A stretch of DNA of 64,000 nucleotides. Source: the human T2T-CHM13v2.0 reference genome, Homo sapiens. The notes below the pieces were generated by a model. That model made no database searches and was not told the DNA's origin. It saw only the letters and a program-made list of their open reading frames with translations. This document shows positions 25,939 through 42,537 of this stretch, piece by piece (position 1 is the stretch's first letter; the number at the start of each line of letters is the position of its first letter). The translations under genes and the position numbers were made by a program. The stretch lies in the NCBI RefSeq assembly GCF_009914755.1, contig NC_060940.1. One strand, 5' to 3'.

Positions 25939-27136
25939 TTACGTTAGTGCAAACGTAATTGTGGTTTTGGACCATGAATTTTAAATCATTATAACTAGGC
26001 TCCAACTCATCTTTATTAATCAAAATAGGAACCATTACAACCAACACATTTTTGCCAATGAGAAATAAGTTTGTTTATTCCAGTATAGCCCCTGCAAAAC
26101 GTTCTCAAGATGCTTAAAGAAGTGGTAGTCAGTTGACAAGAGGTCAGGTGAATATGGCGGATGAGGCAAAACTTCACAGCCCAATTCATTCAACTTTTGA
26201 AGCGCTGATTTTGCAACGTGAAATCGAGCATTGTCATGAAAAATTGTGCCCTTTCTGTTGATCAATGCTTGCTGCAGGCATCACAGTTTTTGATGCATCT
26301 TATCGATTTGCTGAACATAATTCTCAGATGTAATGGTTTCACCGGAATTCAGAAAGCTGTAGTGGATCAGACTGGCAGCAGACCACCAAACAGTGACCAT
26401 GACCTTTTTTTGATGCAGGTTTGACTTTGGGAAGTGCTTTGGAGCTTCATCTGGGTGCAACCACTGAAGATTTTTCTTGCTAGTTGTCAAATAAAATCCA
26501 CTTTTTATCACACATCACAATCCGATGGAGAAATGGCTCATTGTTTTTGCGTAGAGTAAGAGAGACACTTCAAAACGATGATTTTTTTTTATTTTTCACT
26601 CAGGTCATGAGGCACCCACTTATCGAACTTTTTCCCCTTTCCAATTTGCTTCAAATGCTCAACAACCTTAGAATGGTCGACCTTGAGTTCTTCAGCAAAT
26701 TCTCCTGTAGTTGTAAGAGGATCAGCTTTAGTGATTCCTCTCAATTGGTCCTTGTCAACTTCTGATGGCCGGCCACTATGCGCCTCATCTTCAAGGCTCT
26801 TGTCTCCTTTCCAAAACTTCTTGAACAACATCTGCACTGTACATGCATTAGCAGTTCCTGGGCCAAATGCGTTATTTATGTTGCAAGTTGTCTCAGCTGC
26901 TTTACAACCCATTTTGAACACGAATAAAAAAATCGCTAGAATTTGCTTTTTGTCTAACATCATTTCCATAGTCTAAAATAAACAGCAAGTAATAAGTCAT
27001 TAACTAAAAATCATAAAGTAAGAAAGGCCCATTAAAATGATATATAACATAACCATATTTATTTAAGAGTGTATTCCAATATAAAATGGCAAATTCCAAC
27101 AATGCAAAAACCACAATTACGTTTGCACCAACCTAA
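25939..27136 (-). mobile_element. Near-full-length Hsmar1 (HSMAR1) mariner transposon
   Basis: 30-bp terminal inverted repeats (TIRs) at 25939-25968 and 27107-27136, TA duplications on both sides, and mariner transposase fragments between. Confidence 0.97.
26016..26969 (-). pseudogene. Hsmar1 transposase pseudogene (frameshifts and a 3' deletion)
   Basis: MEMMLDKKQI...WVPH (26589..26969), KKVMVTVWW (26281..26511), HDNAR and PHPPYSPDLLSTDY (26035..26265); split across frames. Confidence 0.95.
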
Positions 27137-27473
27137 TAGCTATTAGTTTTCAAATAACTTGACACAATTGCTCATGCTTCTGTTTTATCCTGGCCAAACA
27201 TCTTCTATTGCAGATTCTGCCAAAATTCTGCTACTCATCTCTCCATATGTAAGTATAGAGGGACTATGGTATTTGGTTTATATGACATTCAAAATTGAAA
27301 TAACCTACTCAGATATTTAGTTGGAAGTTCACCTAATTTTTTGAACATCAGTTACAGGTCTTTTAGGCAGAGCCATATCTGAGTGGAAAAACTGGATGTA
27401 GTCATCCTCTTGGTGTGTCTGAATGCCACAGTTGCAGAGGTCATGCACTGAAGAAAGTTTATTACTACAGTAA

Positions 27474-27956
<483 letters not shown>

Positions 27957-28519
27957 TGAAATATTTCCACGAAGTCCTTAGAAATTCCCCAGGAAAAAAA
28001 GCACAATACAACTTATTTGTATTACTACTTAGGCAACTCTAAAAACATTTACACATTTTGAGACAACAATGTGATAAAGCTTGAAAGTTCATAAAGGCCT
28101 ACTTGTATATCAAATAATTAAATTCAGCAGAACTTGTCTGTCCATAGGTAGGTATAGAACCACAAAAAGCATAGACGGTGGTTTCATATATATATATTTG
28201 CTGTGTTCAAGTTAATACGGCATAGGCAAATATACCTAGTAGGGAGAAAAAGACCTTTATATCATCCACTGCACTGAGGTCATAGTAATACAATGGCCCC
28301 ATATCAAGAGAAAATTTTAAGCTATAAAAATGTCAGGTCACAAAATATGTGATTTGGATCAATCTTCCAGCTCTGTTTTTCAAAAAGGGTATTTCATTTG
28401 AAAAAGTGATGTGCGTGTGTGTGTGTGCACACTCAACTATCCAGTCATGTGTAAATATGTAAATTTAACTTTATGCATTTAAATGCATATTATTGTGAGA
28501 TCACAAATTGATAATGAGA

Positions 28520-28822
28520 AAATATTTGATACAATTGAAAATCCCCTTATGATACAATAAAAAAGTAGCACAAGGGAGAGCTCTGCAGTAATGGAATAGT
28601 TCTGTATCTTGATTCCATCTCTGGTTACTGAAATCTACACATAATAAAATGGCATGTTATACATATAGAGTGTACCAATGTGAAGCTTCTGGGTTTGATA
28701 TTGTACTGTTGTCCTATAAGCTGTTACCTGGCAAAGACAGAGTAAGGGGTACACAGAACTTTCGTGTACAAATTTTGCAACATCTTGGGAATCTGTAATT
28801 ATCTCAAAATAAAAAGCTTAAA
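28520..28822 (+). mobile_element. L1ME-type 3' end
   Basis: gtaatggaatagttctgtatcttgatt...ttttgcaacatcttgggaatctgtaattatctcaaaataaaaag. Confidence 0.7.
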
Positions 28823-31439
28823 ACTATATGAGCTATAATTCTGTGTATTCTTATATAATGCAAGACACAAAGGTATTATGCTAAATCTCAAGAAAAAGAA
28901 AAAAGAATACTTCAGGTTTTATCATATTTCTTTTCTATATTTATGTTTAAAATTGGGGTATTTTCAGAATTTCTCCAGATTTTGAAATTTTCTTCTGATA
29001 AAGCTTAGGTATATCTGCCTGTCTAACTTGAGTTAACTCCCAAATAACTTTCCAAGAATATTCCTATTAAAAGAACTAAGTAATTACTGTCTATCTAGAG
29101 TAAGGAAACAATCACGCTATTGAAACATGTATCAGAACTCTTTAATTTGCATCCAGGATTATTCTTTATCTCTTTTATGTTTTTATCTCTTCACTCTTAT
29201 CCTTTATTCTTTATGTATTTCTGAGTAACTCCCATATTTTTTTTATTCTTTCCTCTCTTTCTTTTCTCTTTCTTTTATCTTGATCTCTGTCTCTTTTAAC
29301 ATTTTCATTCTATATACAAATATTTTAAAATTACTATTATTTTTACTTCTACTACCACCATGGCTGCTGCTACTACTTTTAAGTAATTTAGATATGAGGA
29401 AATTTAAAATGAATACAATTATGATTTTTTTGCATGGAAAATGTGTATTTTATAAATGAAACAATCTGTAAATTTTTATGAGCTTTCAGCCATAAAAAAA
29501 TGAGAAATGTTATTGTACGTAATTGAATACAAAATTGCAGGTAGAAGAAAACTGTTTTCAATTTTCTACCTATTATACTATCATTAAAAACGTTATTGTA
29601 TTTATGTTTAAATACTATGAGAGTAACACAATAGTGCATAGTTTGGTTGGATAAATATTTGTTTAATAAAACAATAAAAAATAATTAAAAATGTTTAGAA
29701 TTCATTGAGCTTATCAGTTATGTATAGTTATCTAGCCTTCTTACCCCACTTTGGGAATACACAGTAGTCATCTAAAAGTTATATTTGTAACCTTTTAGAA
29801 GTTTTAGTTAAGACTAAGATACCACACTTTTATGACTAAATAAATGTTTTATATTTTATTGTCTTTCTCATCATTCATTTTCTCTAATAATTATTTCAAT
29901 ATATTGTGTCATTATTTCTTTCTCTAGTTTACAGATATCTAAACTCAAAGGAATTAAGAACAGTCCTCAAAGACAAAAAGCTGCATTGCATCAATATTAC
30001 ATTTATATCTTCTAACTTTACTGCTGAGCTTTTTGGGCTGAGCCATGATACGGAATATTCCAACTAAGATTGAAGATATTTCTTTGGTTAAAATGGTAAA
30101 CATCTGTAGAAAAAAGACCAAACAAATCATTTAAACTTTCAACTGAAAAGCTGGTATACATCCTGAATTAGGCTTATATCAAATGCATCATGAGACGATT
30201 ATTTGTCCTTTCATCTGAATTCAGAAAGAGTTCTCTATCACCTGCTACTTTGCATGGATGAGTGATTTCCAAAGAATATACTGTATCATTCACACATAGC
30301 ACTTTTTATAGGCTGCCTGAGCTATTCAGCACTCTAATGACTTTAGACCAAATGAAAAACAGACATAATAACATTAGAGACAGATGTTTTTCTATAAGAT
30401 CCTTTGATTAAATCAAAGAAAATGGTATTATCATGCTTTAAAAAATATTAACTCAACTTATTTTTTGAAAGAAATCCCACTCTAATACCAAATTACTTTT
30501 GTCATTTCCAATGAACTCTCTAGTACCGGTCACATCACTGTAACTGCCTTACTTTGGTTTCTATTATGTTACACAAATGATTCAAATCCAGTTATTTTAT
30601 GTTAGTCTAATTATTAAAATTAGGTGGACATCATGTAACATCATAATGCATTTTATGTATATGGGTAGAAAGGAATGACATAAAGCACAACTTAGGATAT
30701 ATATATAGATATATATAGATATATATTTGCATAATGTTTCAACAACTCCAAATGTTGTATTCTCAAAGGCAGCCACACAGATCTTCAAATAAATACAATA
30801 TAAAATTTGACTATCCTTCGTGGAGTTGTAGGCACTGGAGTGGTACAGATCATGTGGAACATTAGGGAAATAAAAAACACACACTGACTGATTTTAAACA
30901 GTTCTCCCTCTTCCCAGAATTTACTCAAATCCCAGAGCACACACACAAAGATATGTTTTTTTTTCCTCTCAATATATCTAGTATGTAGTCTTATGAGCCA
31001 ATGGGCTTTTTGAGAAATATCAAAGGGACCATTATCTTCCTGAGTTTAAGTGCTATCATAAAATCATCTCTACTTACATGACAGAAAAGAGAAAGAGACA
31101 AAGGATGGAAAACAAACAAAAAAATAACAACAAAGACCAGCTCTCCCAAAGGCAAACTTAGAGTCAAATATGTTTAGAATATCTTTTCTGTTGGAGCCAC
31201 AACCAACCCCATGTCCCTACTTACAACTTTAGTTATTCCAAAATTGTAGAGTGAAATTTTACACATCACAACTCAAAAGTGAAAAAAAAAAAGTTATAAT
31301 TGCTCTCATCTTGCTCATTTCCCTATTTTCTAATCACAGATGACAGGAAAGGTACAGACATATTTAAAATTGCAGTTCATTTTGGCTCTTTGAGTTTACT
31401 CTGTTTCTGCTTTATTCTTTCTTAAGCCATTTAAGTCCT

Positions 31440-32620
31440 TTTCAATTTTTAAAACATTATTTATTCACTCATGTATTTACATCACTATTGTCTCAAATGT
31501 AATTATTTACTCTCTGGTCATAATTCAATAATTTTGCTATTTATTTTATTGTTCATTGCCCCCTCCAACCCCCTGTGCTTATTGGAAACACTTTCAAGTT
31601 AGTGCTTGTGTCCTATTAATGTATTGTAAGTTTAGTAAAGCATTTTAGTTTCTGGCAATACAAGAAAATCCAGATCAAGCTCAGTGTGTGGTTTCTCGGC
31701 CCAAACTTCAGAATCAACGTTTCTGCAAGGGGTTTTCTCTTTTTTTCCTTGTATTAGAGGATGGTATTTAGAAGCCATGATCTGGGGATACTAAGTATGA
31801 TCATTGGTATTGCTGCATTACTGCCTATAAGCTCTGTAAGAGAACAGAGTTACAAAAAAATATGTATGTTCACTAATAAATATATATACACATATATTAA
31901 TATTTGGTTTTTATCTATGTATCTACAAAAATAAATAATTTTAGACTGATAAATCTGATTATATTCCAGCACCACATGATTTATTCTAACATTCTCCTTA
32001 CTTACTTGTCAAGTCTTTTCTCTGACAGTGAGAAATTCAGCACTCAGTAACTATACTGTATTTACTTATTTTATTAACAACAGGATAAATGTAGTTATTT
32101 CATCATTGCTAAATATTACCCCTTTGATAAATAAACACATAATTATATTAGTGTTATGTGCAGTTCATTTTGCTGTTGGCCTTCTATATTTTGACAAAAC
32201 ATTCTTTTCTGAAATTATTTAGGCTAGTTCCTATCTTTATTACCTCTTTCAAAGTGCCATTTATTATTAATACAGTTAGATACATTTGTCACAATGTGCA
32301 TTACACCCTGGGTTATCCCCAATATCTTGGTTGACTTTTTTTTTTTAGCTTGAAGGGCATTTTCTGGAGACTGAGGGAGGGATAAATTTTCTACATAAAC
32401 TAACATGTGATCTGCAAATTGAGACAGTTTTCATGAGTATTTTCCAATTTGTCTGTTTTGTCTTTTTCTTTTCTTTCTTTTTTCTAGCCATCTTGCACTT
32501 GGTAGGATTTCTAGTGTGATATGGAAAAGAAAAAGTGAGAAAACTGTTTAGTCTTATTACTAGATTTAGAAGAAAAGCAGCCAGTCTGTCACCATTAAAT
32601 ATGAAGTTTGTTACAGATGC
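31440..32620 (-). mobile_element. Old L1 (L1MC/MD-like) antisense fragments
   Basis: ttctggcaatacaagaaaatccagatcaagctc...gatggtatttagaagccatgatctggg, plus ORF2-like catgtgatctgcaaattgagacagtttt. Confidence 0.6.
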
Positions 32621-32894
32621 CCTTTGTTGGGATTCTCATATTTTTATGTGCTTTGTAACCTTCTTTGGTTACTGTTGTACATTTGGTATAGGGCAATTGA
32701 TACTAAGTACATATTGTTATTTTCAAAATATTTATTAGCACATTTTTCCTTTGCTTGACTTTGGCTGGGTCTTTGCATTAATTTTCTCAGGAGTCAGAGC
32801 ATGTGTGATGCCTTTTGGTGCATTGGGAGGTGGGAGGAGCCTGTTGCCTGATTGTTCTCTTTTGAGTTCTTGCTGATTCCACTAAGACAGCCTT

Positions 32895-33310
32895 TATGGG
32901 ACATTGAAAAATTTGGCTATAATATTTTTGAGATTTTTCAGTAAGATATGGAGTCTGTTTTTCTAAAACTTGGATTTGGGCTGGTCTTGCTACTTTATTT
33001 TGTCAATAGAAAGAGAAAATGATGGTCTTAGGGCTTAAGAGACCTTTTAATTTCCACTCATAGTGCTTCACAGGAGATCTGCCACCACCACTATGCGCAT
33101 GAGTCCAGGCTAGTTTGCTATATGATTTGAGACATATGGCCTAGTTCCCCTGTCCCTTGGCCAGCAGTCAGCAAATTACCAGCCAACTGTCAGATATATG
33201 AATGAAGCCTTCAACCGCTGGCTGAAGGCAAATGTGTGAGTGAATCTAGCCAAAACCAGCAGAAAAACTGTCCAATGAGCACCAACCAAGTTGGCAAACC
33301 ACAGAATTGA
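32895..33310 (+). mobile_element. MLT1 (H-like) LTR
   Basis: atggagtctgtttttc...gtccaggctagtttgct...gagacatatggcctag...ccagcagaaaaactgtcc. Confidence 0.65.
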
Positions 33311-34955
33311 TGGCAGGGATGGATCAATAGAGATGGATTACAGTAGATGCAATAGACCCTTTCATTTCTTCATTGCTCTTCTATTTTCAACATCCAGAAC
33401 TGTAAAGGATTTATTTAATTATAAATTCCCTTATGTTATATTTGCTTTTACCATGCTTTATAGCTTTTTTCTCTCAATTACTGAAAAAATATTTTATAAT
33501 ATTGAAAACCGTGTATTTCTCCGCAGAGCCTGCTTTCAAGACAATTGATTCACTGTAGACAAATCTGTCTATAAAATTTAAAATTCAGACAGAAGCAATG
33601 GACCATTTATCTGAGCTTGATGCCCCAAAGCTGTGGAAGAATTGATTTCAATGGGTGTGGAAAGCTGAAAATATGTGGATGAATGATCCAAGGAGCATTG
33701 GTTCAATATCACATCAGTATTATCCATATTATAAATTTACTAGCCATAGTGATTGCTTTCATTCCTTTCCACATATATTCATCACTAATTCATGATTTTC
33801 CATTTTGTTGTCTCCTAACTTGATCTTAACTTAGGCTGTGGTAGATATTTGTTCACATAAAGTCTTAGTCGTTCAATATCTGAAATAATCAGTATATTCA
33901 GTAGTTACCAGTGTATTTGTTGCCAATTTTATTTTATCAATTTGTAATGGACACTTTCTTACACCAAATATTTGGAATCATTTCTTACTGCTTTTGTTTG
34001 ACTTGGTAGAAAGTCCTTAAGTAGAATATATATGTATATATATATACACACACACACACATATACATAGGTGTAAGTAACAGAGCATAGGGTTTTCAGTT
34101 GTGCAGTAGTTTATCAAGGAAATATATTTTACAATATCTACTCAATTTCAGTTATGAAAAACACATGTTTCTTCCAAAAGTCCCACGTCAATGTCAGTGT
34201 AAATTCCACACACTGTATTGTGTGAGACTCCATAGTATCTGGCTGCTGTGAAAGTTACTGACCTTACTACTAGTCACATCCCATTACACTAAATCCTCAA
34301 ATGCACATTCCCTCCTACACACATACAGTGATTTTTATGTATTCATTTTATTGTGGTGCTATTCTATGCCTTGTCTTATTTGACAAAGTCTACAAAGTAT
34401 TTTAATGATAGCATTTTCCATTATCCTCTTTGACCTCCACATATCCACAATGAAGTATTTCTTTCTCTGTGACAATCAGAACATTTGCCCATAGTTCTAT
34501 AAACTTATAGTGTGTAGCATTGTAATTGTCCATCCACATGTTAAATTATCTCAAAGAAAGAGGCCTAGACATATTATTCTTCATTTAGAGCGCACATGGA
34601 ACACTGTAGTGTTGTTATTTATAAAGTTACAAAAACCAAAGTCATGCCTTCCTTGTTTTTGGCTCTCTCCCCATCATCCAACATAGGTCTTGACATATAA
34701 TTCTAAAACCAATGAATACCTGAGGAGTGAGTCAGTTTGTGTATTATGTATTATAGTAATGAGCAAAATATAGCAAATACGAGAAACTGCTTCATGGAAC
34801 TTATGGATCATTGATGAAGAATAGACATCAAAATAGAACATTCAATTACAAAATAAAAACAGAACTGAAATTAGAAAGCTATAGAGAAAAATCTATTGAG
34901 AGCTCTAGTTTCAAAAAAGGACTATCCAAACACAGTGTATGAAAGCTTAATCATG

Positions 34956-35269
34956 CATTGGGCCTCTATATCCATGGGTTCTACATTCGTGGATTCAACC
35001 AACCATGAATTGAAAATATTTTTAAAGAATCACCTCTGTTCTGAACATCCACAGAATTTTATTCTTTTCATTTTCCCCTAAACAATACAGTATAACTACT
35101 CACATAGCATTACTTAAGAGTAACTTAGAGTTGATTTAAAGTATGCAGAAGGATGTGCATAGATTATATGCAATAGTGTGTTATTTAATATCAGGCACTT
35201 AAGCATCTATGGATTTGGTATCCACAGAGGTCCTGGAACAAATTACCCATGGATACCAAGGGATGACTG
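34956..35269 (-). mobile_element. MER2 (TcMar-Tigger) non-autonomous DNA transposon
   Basis: Ends ggataccaagggatgactg followed by TA; internal gatttaaagtatgcagaaggatgtgcatag. Confidence 0.85.
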
Positions 35270-36439
35270 TAATTTGAGTAGTATCAAATATAATATGCCA
35301 AGGATGTAAAGGAAAAATCAAAATACAGAAACACATATCACTTTGATATAAATATATCCCATATGAATAAGATATACCATCCTAAATACAGTTCATTAAA
35401 AATAATACATGCAAACAAAATACTGAAGTCACAGTAATTGCTGAATTCATTTTTAAAATGAAGAAATTTTAGTATCTATCTTCTCTCACTCCATGTACAT
35501 TATGGCAAAAGACTAAAGAGAGAATGCTGTCTATAGCAGTGAAAGATTACTAGTTAGTTCATGGACAGAATCATTGTTTATAGTTCTAAACCCTTTGTTA
35601 AGTCAATTCTTCAGACATTTATTGGATACGTACTATGAAGAATGCACTGTTGTAAGTGATAGCAATTTAGTCGATTTTAGGATTAGAGAAGACTAAAATT
35701 TCTCTCCAGCTCAGGTATGAGGGACCAGAAAGATTCTAGACATAGGCCTAAAAATGCAAGTGTACTGAAAGAATCTTATAGTCTCTCTCTTTTTAGAAAT
35801 GTCAGTACTATCTTTGAACTAACTTTAGGTGTAGGGTAGCATGTCTCCAAAGCCAAGTGCAGATCAGCATAGTCTTAAATGTAAACATAGTTGATGGTAA
35901 GACACACAAACAAGTGGGAATTTAAAAGTCAGAGACCTAGAACCATCTTAGGTATACAGTTACAGTGTAGCAAGAAAGCCAGACAAAATAAAATATGAAG
36001 TATGTGTTGGGTTTCAGGTAAGAAGCACAATCTCTTCATGCAGTGCTAGAGAGCCTTACCCTTGCAAATGGTCTCCGATGTGTTATTAAATAAGTAACTG
36101 CTATAGACAGCATACTCTGTTTAATCTTTAGCCGTAATGCATATGGAGGGAGGAAGAGAGATGCTAAAATCTCTTCATTTTAAAAATGAATTCAGCAATT
36201 AATGTGACCTCAATATTTCATCTGCATGTATTATTTTTAATGAACAGTATTTAGGTAATATATCTTATCCTTCTGAGATATATTTTTATCTAACGTAATA
36301 TGCATTTCTGTATTTTGGTTTTTCCTTTATTTCCTTGGCATACTATATTTGATATTACCCAAAGATTTTCTATTTATGAATGTAAAGCAAAGATAATACT
36401 ATAGGTCATACAAAAGTATAATTAAAAATGTCAACACAG

Positions 36440-36925
36440 GGCCAGGCACAGTGGCTCACACCTGTAATCACAGCACGTTGGGAGGCTGAAGTGGGAGGAT
36501 TCCTCGATCCCAGGACTTTTGAGATCAGTTTGGGAAACCTGGCAAGACCAAATCTCTCCAAAAAAAAAAAATTAAAACTAGCCAGGAGTAGTGGTGTGCA
36601 ACCGTAGTCCCAGCTACTTGGGAGGCTAAGGTGGGAGGATCACTTGAGCTAGGGAGGTCGAGGGTGCAGTGAGCCATGGTCATGCTACTACACTCCAGCC
36701 TGGGCAACAGAGCTAGACCTTGCCTGAAAGAAAGAAAGAAAGAAAAGAAAGAAGGAAAGAAGGAAAGAAAAGAAAGGAAAGAAAGGAAAGAAAGAAAGAA
36801 AGAAAGAGAAAGAAGGAAGGAAGGAAGGAAAGGAAGGAAAGAAGGAAGAGAAAGAAAGAAAAAGAAAGGAAGGAATGGAAAGAAAGAAAGAAAAAGGAAA
36901 GAAAGAAGAAAAGAAAGAAAGAGAG
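36440..36925 (+). mobile_element. AluJ with an approximately 200-bp (GAAA/GGAA)n tail
   Basis: ggccaggcacagtggctcacacctgtaatc...gggaggatcacttgagctagggaggtcgagg; purine tract at 36727-36925. Confidence 0.92.
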
Positions 36926-37569
36926 ACTCAATGTATAATCATAAGAATCTTAGAGCAATCCTCCTGCTTGCAGGTTGCTTCGATCATTCTAACCAATTGA
37001 ATAGAGGACTAGAAATAATCGGACATCAAAAGCACAGAATTAAGAATTTCTTCACTAGATTACTGGTAGATATTTTCTATTTGCCTATCTGTTTTTCATC
37101 ATTCTATATCTGAGAAAAAAAAAACTAAGTTTTTCTCTGAAGGTCTAATACCTTTTGTACTCTGAATCCATGGAATTTGAGTTAGGATCACTCCCCAAGC
37201 TCACCCCTAACCCATCTAAAGTAAGTGCATGATCCAGATTTCAGGAATAAAAGTCTGACTAAACATAAACACATGAGCTGAAATAGTTCCAGATTAGTTT
37301 TATACTAAAATTATATAGTTAGTATACTAATATACTAATATATAGTTTTATACTAATCTCTGGAATGTTTTAGGAGTGGAAATAAGTCCTAAGAAAATAC
37401 ATCTTTTCTTTCTAGAGAAATACTACAAAGCAATTTCTCTTTTTCACTTCAATCTGAGATGAGAAAAATCACAGCCTGAATTTCAACATCCAATTGACCA
37501 TTGTTGGGGGAATACACAGAAGTTGCAAGGAATACTATTTAGAGATGGAGAGAACAATTGTAGTACTTT

Positions 37570-38645
<1,076 letters not shown>

Positions 38646-39099
38646 AACCTACGTATAAAAAGACCAAACACATTTTGATGCTATTGTTAGTATCTGAATT
38701 CAGCTGCCCTTCAAACTTTAATTTCATTAATGAACACACTTCTTTCCCCTTAATTTGGTACAGATTGGAATTTTCTGACAGTTGCAACAGAAGAAAGATT
38801 TTTTGTTGATTCACCTACTAACCAGTGTATGTGCTCTCTTCAATCTATTTTACCCACTACAGATATTGACATATTTTTCTGCTTTATAACATGTTTATGT
38901 GACTCCCCAACTGCTTTTCAATATATTTGAAAGTCTTTGTATGGTCCTTCTTAAAGTATGTCCTATATAATTCTTGACAATCATTGTCAACACTAAGCTA
39001 GTCACACATCCCAGACTCTAGGAAAGCTATCTTCGCTATTGCCATTAAAAACATGAAAACCTCTACAAGACCACCATACTTTCATGCTGCTTGATATTC

Positions 39100-40950
<1,851 letters not shown>

Positions 40951-41753
40951 GAATAAACCATTAATAAATTTACCTAGAAATGAAACTTCAGAATTACATT
41001 AAACATTTAGCCCAGATTAAATGATACTATGAGGATAGTCAAAGACACATATCTATGAATCATAAATTACCAACAGACACCTTTATTATATTGCAGATTT
41101 TTAAATATATGACAAAATCCAAACAAACTGCAAGTAAAAAAAGAAAAAAAAAACAAGGGTTAATTTTTCTCTACCCATGGTTCTTTGCACTGCTCTCTGC
41201 ATAACTGTGCTAGACGTTTCTCATTTGGCATTCTTATTTTTATAGAGAAACATCTGTCCTTCTTTAATTAGGATACTCTACATTCCTCACACTAGTGGTT
41301 GTTAATAATTTTACCCAATGCTCTATATGGATTACATTTTTTAGCTCCACAAAATTAGACTTTTCCATTATAGTGCTTATAGTGCGATGTCCTTGAACAA
41401 CTTTCTTTTTATATGAAATTTGGGAAGAACTTTGAGATGGTCGAATTGGTGTTATGTGGAGGTAGTACACATTCAAAAACTCATCAAGGGGAAATTTCTA
41501 TGGGGCATGTTGGCAGATAGGAAGAAAAGAAGAAGAAAAAGTGATATTTTTGGTTCATTTAATGAAGTTGATAACCATTAGTAGAAAATAATATTTTCAG
41601 CATTTAGGATACAAATTACATTCTGCATTTTGTGCTATCAGAATGTTAAGCATTCTTTTTACAATGGGGCTGTATTTATTTTAAAATTTTGAATTTTTAA
41701 AACTATTTATAAAATGAAAACATTAAAAATATATATATATATTTCTCATAAAA

Positions 41754-41817
41754 CAGAGCTTCCCATTTCCTGACTTTATTTTTGCCAGAGCTTCCCATTT
41801 CCTGACTTAATTTTTGC
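41754..41817. repeat. 32-bp tandem duplication (1 mismatch)
   Basis: cagagcttcccatttcctgactt[t/a]atttttgc twice. Confidence 0.95.
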
Positions 41818-42473
41818 AGACTTTCTCAACTTTTCTTAGTTGTGGGTAGACACACACTTTGGAGGAAGCCTGTCAAAAGCCAGCAAACTAATAGTCTGCA
41901 CTTATAACCAAAATGTATGAGTGTGGTTAACTTGCAGTTGCTGATGACTTATTGGACACATTAGTTTAATCCTATTTTTTTCTTCCATAGTTTGGAATTA
42001 TCAAGACAGCTCTTATCTCTGTTAGATTGTGAGAGCTATTTCATATTGAATTGCAAGTTTTCAAAATCTTGGTTTTATATTTTATCAATATTATGTCTCT
42101 CAATGTGTCTTAAAGGTATCTGAAGATGCAAGCCAAATTACACTAAATGTATTGTTTCTTCAAATTTGAAACTGTTTCATAATAACTGAGCAGCACAGGG
42201 GAGTAAGATAAGGTTTGGACCCAGTAGCCTGGGGTCAGTTTTCAGCAACCTAAGGAAAATCTGATATCTCTGAGTCGGCTTCCTCAACTACAGACTGAAC
42301 ACAATGGCACAAGTATTGCCCCCAGTATAAGGTTGTTTTAAAGATATACAGAGGTCAATGCTTTAAAATATTCAATCTCTTATAACATAAAAAGAGATGT
42401 TAAAATTGAAATATTTGATGGCATTTTGGTCTCTCCAAAATCTGTGAGTCATGAGATAATATCTCTCATGACA

Positions 42474-42477
<4 letters not shown>

Positions 42478-42522
<45 letters not shown>

Positions 42523-42537
42523 ATAAAAAAAAAAAAA
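42478..42537 (+). repeat. Long poly(A) tract, A44-CAT-A13
   Basis: Read directly; no Alu or L1 body upstream. Confidence 0.95.

Noticed and set aside
26016-26969. SETMAR gene
   Set aside because: No SET-domain exons; the transposase is frameshifted and bounded by both TIRs, so this is an ordinary Hsmar1 copy.
36676-37113. 145-aa Lys/Glu/Arg-rich ORF and the Ser/Leu/Phe-rich ORFs at 36713 and 51164
   Set aside because: Translations of GA/TC microsatellites, which lack stop codons by composition.
42448-42537. Bacterial-style intrinsic terminator
   Set aside because: Eukaryotic context, and the T-run would precede rather than follow the hairpin on the minus strand.
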